DNA of 55,476 nt from assembly GCA_902762395.1 (NCBI GenBank), contig CACWOA010000001.1, positions 1-55,476 of the forward strand. Direction: 5' to 3'. Positions 52,206 through 55,476 of this stretch are shown here, piece after piece. Source of the DNA: an uncultured Ruminococcus sp. GTDB taxonomy: Bacteria > Bacillota > Clostridia > Oscillospirales > Acutalibacteraceae. The number at the start of each line of letters is the position of its first letter. Within the stretch, counting starts at the first letter, position 1. The position numbers and the translations under genes were made by a program. The notes beneath the pieces were generated by a model, which was given only the letters and a program-made list of their open reading frames with translations, ran no database searches and was not told the origin of the DNA.

Positions 52206-54116
52206 ATGAAGCATTCCACATCCCGCAACCGACAGCGTCGGCGTTTCCTCCTGCCCGCATCGCTCATGGTCGCGGCACTTCTCGTCGGTTTTTCGGCGTT
52301 CAAGCCTGCGCTTTTCAAAACGAACGCGGCGGCGGGCGGTCAGTATACTCTCTCCATTCATGCCGACAGCGAGGGAGCCAGCGGCGCCTTTGTGGTGGTG
52401 GTCAATAACGACGACAGCCTCTCCACCAATTTTGACGATGTTCTGGACGAAAACACCAAACAGATAGGTGAGGTAACCACCGCCTTTGCGATTACCCCTA
52501 ATGGCAGTTGTGACTTTACCATTTCCTCCGCCAATCCCATCACCTATCTTTCCTTCGGCGATAACAGACAGTTTATCACGGGAATCTACGCTGACGCGGC
52601 GGGACTTACCAACATCAATGTGTCCGGTCTGACCAATCTGTACCGCCTTGACATCCCGGACGTTTCCCTCTCGAACGCTTACGCCCTTTCCTACTCCAAC
52701 GAGGACGCTCTGACAGTCTCTGTCAAGGCGCCCGCCTATGAAGCGACGGACGACGGCGTGGCATTGCAGCTGCCCGCGCTTGACGAGGGAGCCGATGTGT
52801 TGGTAGAAGGCGATTTGGAAACCCCGGATAAGCACCTTACGCCGCAGGCAAACGGTCAGTATCTTATCACTTACGACGATCTCGATGTCTATGGCGTTGA
52901 TAATGGATCGGGCAAAGAGGTTCTCGCCAACGTCACCAAGGGCAATGTCACCTTCCGGTTCATGCTTGTCGTCGACGGCGATGATATCCCCGGTTATACG
53001 CCGCCCGCTCCCGATGACCCCAGCGATCCCGACGATCCCGATGATCCTTTCGAGCATATCGGCGCTTTCGGTCCGGCTAAGAACAGCGAAAAGGTTCTGC
53101 TTTCCGTGGGCATCGACAACGAAATCGTCGTGAAAAACGGCAGCCAGATAGTAGGGCTTGCCGATGTCAGAGCAGCAGTCAAGGCACCGTCGGACAACGA
53201 GAAAAAGGCGTTTTTGGAAGCCATCAAAAAAGCAGACAAGAATTTCGCCGCCACTGACAATGATCTCATGGTCTATGAAGTGTATCTGACGGACGAAAAA
53301 GGAAACACGCTGACGATAGCCGAAGGCGGCGTCACTTCCGTCCTTTTCCGGTACGCGTTCCCCGAATCCCAGCTTTATGCCGATGAATACACCTACAAAG
53401 TGTATCAGCAGCTTGCGGATAAGTCAGCGGCGTCCATCGACACCCTCCAGGCAACCGGCCACGGTCTGAACTTCTACACCGAAACGCTCGGACTCTTCGC
53501 GGTAGCGCGCACACCTATTCCGGTTGAATACACCGACCTCACGATCCGCGAGGACAGCCGGAACATCATCAAGGCGGCGCAGATCGACAAAACCGCTGCC
53601 CTTTGCCTGGAAGACGGCGTTGCCATTGATCTCAAGGATGTCTGCATCGCTGCGGTCAAACCCTCCGACGCTGACAAGAAAACCTTCCTCGAAACCATCC
53701 GGAAAACCGATAAAGACTTCAAGGCGGACGACAAAAATCTGATGGTGTATGATATCTGCCTTGTCGATAAGGATGGCAAGGATGTGTATTCAAACAAGTT
53801 TATCAAGATTACGCTGTCATATCCCAACGACACGGTGGCAAAATCCTATAACGGTTACACCTACAAGGTCTATCACGACCATGGAGAAACGCTCGACACC
53901 AAGATCACCGCGACCGGCGGCAAAGACGGTATCACCTTCTCCAGCAGGGAATTCAGCCTTTACGCCATTTCCTCCACGGTGAAGCAGTCGGGCGGCGACG
54001 GCAATCCCGGCACCGGCGAAACCAATGCACTGACTGTGATCGCGTTCGCACTGGCGGCGCTCTCCGTCATCGGCTTTGCGGTGGTCTACACCAAGAACAA
54101 GGCGGAGCAGGTCTGA
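52206..54116 (+). CDS. Cell-surface protein with an internal domain duplication and a sorting-signal-like C-terminus
   Basis: The ATG at 52206 follows AAAGGA and begins a signal peptide. Two homologous modules occur at about 53160-53410 and 53640-53880. The C-terminus has NPGTGE, a hydrophobic helix and a KNK tail. Confidence 0.62.
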   Translation: MKHSTSRNRQRRRFLLPASLMVAALLVGFSAFKPALFKTNAAAGGQYTLSIHADSEGASGAFVVVVNNDDSLSTNFDDVLDENTKQIGEVTTAFAITPNGSCDFTISSANPITYLSFGDNRQFITGIYADAAGLTNINVSGLTNLYRLDIPDVSLSNAYALSYSNEDALTVSVKAPAYEATDDGVALQLPALDEGADVLVEGDLETPDKHLTPQANGQYLITYDDLDVYGVDNGSGKEVLANVTKGNVTFRFMLVVDGDDIPGYTPPAPDDPSDPDDPDDPFEHIGAFGPAKNSEKVLLSVGIDNEIVVKNGSQIVGLADVRAAVKAPSDNEKKAFLEAIKKADKNFAATDNDLMVYEVYLTDEKGNTLTIAEGGVTSVLFRYAFPESQLYADEYTYKVYQQLADKSAASIDTLQATGHGLNFYTETLGLFAVARTPIPVEYTDLTIREDSRNIIKAAQIDKTAALCLEDGVAIDLKDVCIAAVKPSDADKKTFLETIRKTDKDFKADDKNLMVYDICLVDKDGKDVYSNKFIKITLSYPNDTVAKSYNGYTYKVYHDHGETLDTKITATGGKDGITFSSREFSLYAISSTVKQSGGDGNPGTGETNALTVIAFALAALSVIGFAVVYTKNKAEQV

Positions 54117-54171
54117 CGGCATTCCCTCTTCGAGTTATCACAGCGCAGTAAAACCGCATAAACCCTCCAAC

Positions 54172-54220
54172 GCCGGCTCAGGCAGTGATAGTTCGCTATC
54201 CGCCTGAACCGGCTTTTTTC
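54172..54220 (+). terminator. Rho-independent terminator
   Basis: The stem gccggctcaggc / gcctgaaccggc (one mismatch) is followed by tttttt. Confidence 0.75.
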
Positions 54221-54227
54221 TTTTCTA

Positions 54228-54256
54228 TTGAAAAAAAGCGCCGCCCGTGCTATAAT
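54228..54256 (+). promoter_or_regulatory. Sigma-A promoter of the LysR gene
   Basis: TTGAAA, a 17-nt spacer, then TATAAT. Confidence 0.6.
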
Positions 54257-54290
54257 TTTTTTATCAAGAGAAAGAGAGGTGTGTTCTGAC

Positions 54291-55193
54291 ATGGACGAAC
54301 GATTGCTGGGCTGTTTTGTCAGGGTCTATGAGCTGGGCAGCATTCACAAGGCGGCGGAAAAGCTGTTTGTCACTCCGCAGGCCGTGAGCAAGATGATTAA
54401 AAAACTGGAGGACGAACTGGGCAGAAGCCTTTTCACCCGCTCTCCCCAAGGACTGAATCCCACCGTCTACGCCCACAAGCTCTACTCCACGGCCAATGTC
54501 ATCCTCAGCGAATACGAGCGCATCAAGGGCGAATTTCTGGAAGAAAGCTTCAGCGCGGTCTTTACGCTGCATATCGCCACCACCTACGGCGTTCCCAAAT
54601 ATCTCACGCTGAAATTTGTCACGGATTTTTACGACCGCTACCCCGACATTCACCTCGATCTGGTGGAATATCCCGAATATCCCATCTACGATATGCTCCA
54701 CAGCGGGCGCGTGGATTTTGCCTTTCTTCCCCAACCGGTTGACCTCATCAACTACGAGGCGGAATTCTGCTTTTCCCACGATTTCCGCGCCATTGTCAGC
54801 CGCCGTCATCCCCTCGCCTCCCATTCCATCATCCGTTACCCCGATCTCAACGGCTACCCCATCATTCTCAAAGGACGCGACTTTTCGCTCTATCCCCACA
54901 ACATCACGCGCTTTGTCAAGGGCGGGCTGCAGCCGGAGATTCTGCTCGAAATCAGCGACGATTCGCTCATTGTCGAGGCGGCGCGCCAGAATCGCGGCGT
55001 GGGTATTTCCGCCACCTTCCTCGCGGAGGAATATGCCGACGAGCAGGTAGTCACCATCCCCTTTGAGGACAAAACCTTTGTGCGCAACGTCTTTCTCGTT
55101 CACCGACGCGACCAGAAGATGAGCCGCGCGCAGGAAAGCTTCTGGCACTTCACCGCCGAATGGCTGCGCCGGAACAAGCCGCAGCAAATCTGA
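54291..55193 (+). CDS. LysR-family transcriptional regulator
   Basis: The N-terminal HTH is FVRVYELGSIHKAAEKLFVTPQAVSKMIKKLEDELG, followed by a C-terminal substrate-binding fold. The ATG at 54291 follows AGAGAGG. Confidence 0.88.
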   Translation: MDERLLGCFVRVYELGSIHKAAEKLFVTPQAVSKMIKKLEDELGRSLFTRSPQGLNPTVYAHKLYSTANVILSEYERIKGEFLEESFSAVFTLHIATTYGVPKYLTLKFVTDFYDRYPDIHLDLVEYPEYPIYDMLHSGRVDFAFLPQPVDLINYEAEFCFSHDFRAIVSRRHPLASHSIIRYPDLNGYPIILKGRDFSLYPHNITRFVKGGLQPEILLEISDDSLIVEAARQNRGVGISATFLAEEYADEQVVTIPFEDKTFVRNVFLVHRRDQKMSRAQESFWHFTAEWLRRNKPQQI

Positions 55194-55211
55194 TTTTTCA
55201 TACTAAATATC

Positions 55212-55266
55212 AAAACAGCCGTGTCTTGGGGATAGGATTACTTCAAGACACGGCTGTTTTGGGTTT
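55212..55266 (+). terminator. Rho-independent terminator after the LysR gene
   Basis: It has a perfect 17-bp stem, aaaacagccgtgtcttg / caagacacggctgtttt. Confidence 0.8.
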
Positions 55267-55388
55267 GTTCCGCAAACGATTGCGCCGAAGGACAGGCACC
55301 CGAATGGCACAGAGGGCGACTGTCCTTCCACACGTCGCTCACGGCGGAAGCATAGATGATATGCGGTAAAGGCTCTTTAAGAGCCTGT

Positions 55389-55476
55389 TTAGAATCTCTT
55401 CACGCACGGCTTGCTTGCATCTTTTCCGCCATATTTTGCCAAAATCATAGGAAAACGAATGTTTTCCGGGTTAATC
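55389..55476 (-). CDS. Possible 3' end of a gene entering from the right window edge
   Basis: A minus-strand frame is open from the window edge (…INPENIRFPMILAKYGGKDASKPCVKRF*). The TAA at 55389-55391 is followed by the hairpin aggctc/gagcct. It is too short to identify. Confidence 0.3.
   Translation of the reverse strand, partial: INPENIRFPMILAKYGGKDASKPCVKRF

Noticed and set aside
55160-55369. A 69-aa plus-strand ORF downstream of the LysR gene.
   Set aside because: It begins inside the LysR gene, crosses the 17-bp-stem terminator at 55212-55260, and has no RBS.
1-55476. A check for CRISPR arrays, rRNA/tRNA genes, transposases and integrases.
   Set aside because: I saw no regularly spaced direct repeats, no rRNA- or tRNA-like sequence in any intergenic region, and no ORF with DDE, tyrosine or serine recombinase hallmarks. 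Absence was judged by eye only and should be confirmed with tRNAscan, Infernal and ISfinder-type searches.

Overview
This 55.5-kb window comes from a high-G+C, spore-forming Firmicute. I infer it is Clostridia-like from spoVM, a T-box leader, the PASTA-kinase cluster and AGGAGG-type ribosome-binding sites. Most of it is housekeeping. The plus-strand genes are an ECF sigma/anti-sigma pair, ddl, DUF1934-argS, mreB, proS with a T-box leader, and leuCD. The minus-strand genes are carAB, dapL-dapF, and the conserved Firmicute cluster yicC/yloC-remA-gmk-rpoZ-priA-def-fmt-(Zn peptidase)-rsmB-rlmN-prpC-prkC-rsgA-thiN-spoVM. Two regions are accessory. (1) 17.5-24.3 kb lies between mreB and proS. The last 45 codons of mreB are duplicated, with a 52-nt identical core. 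The two copies bracket a visibly AT-richer 3.9-kb insert that carries a second ECF sigma factor and two large single-pass membrane proteins of unknown function. Next come a BglII/BamHI-fold endonuclease with an MT-A70-type methyltransferase, then an SdpR/SdpI-like repressor and immunity pair with twin palindromic operators. No recombinase is visible. (2) 45.0-49.8 kb contains a monocistronic gene for an N-terminal TIR domain, (E/K)P repeats, one TM helix and an extracytoplasmic DUF6273-like domain, a receptor-like architecture. It sits beside a small membrane protein, a phosphodiester glycosidase and a beta-helix-like surface protein. A 26-aa spoVM gene is too short for the ORF track. Other features are a PadR-CPBP protease-flavodoxin operon behind a perfect 19-bp inverted repeat, two more surface proteins and a LysR regulator. 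I recognised no rRNA, tRNA, CRISPR array, transposase or integrase. Many long ORFs in the track are antisense shadows of real genes, which is typical of high G+C DNA. All family calls come from reading motifs by eye, and no database search was run.
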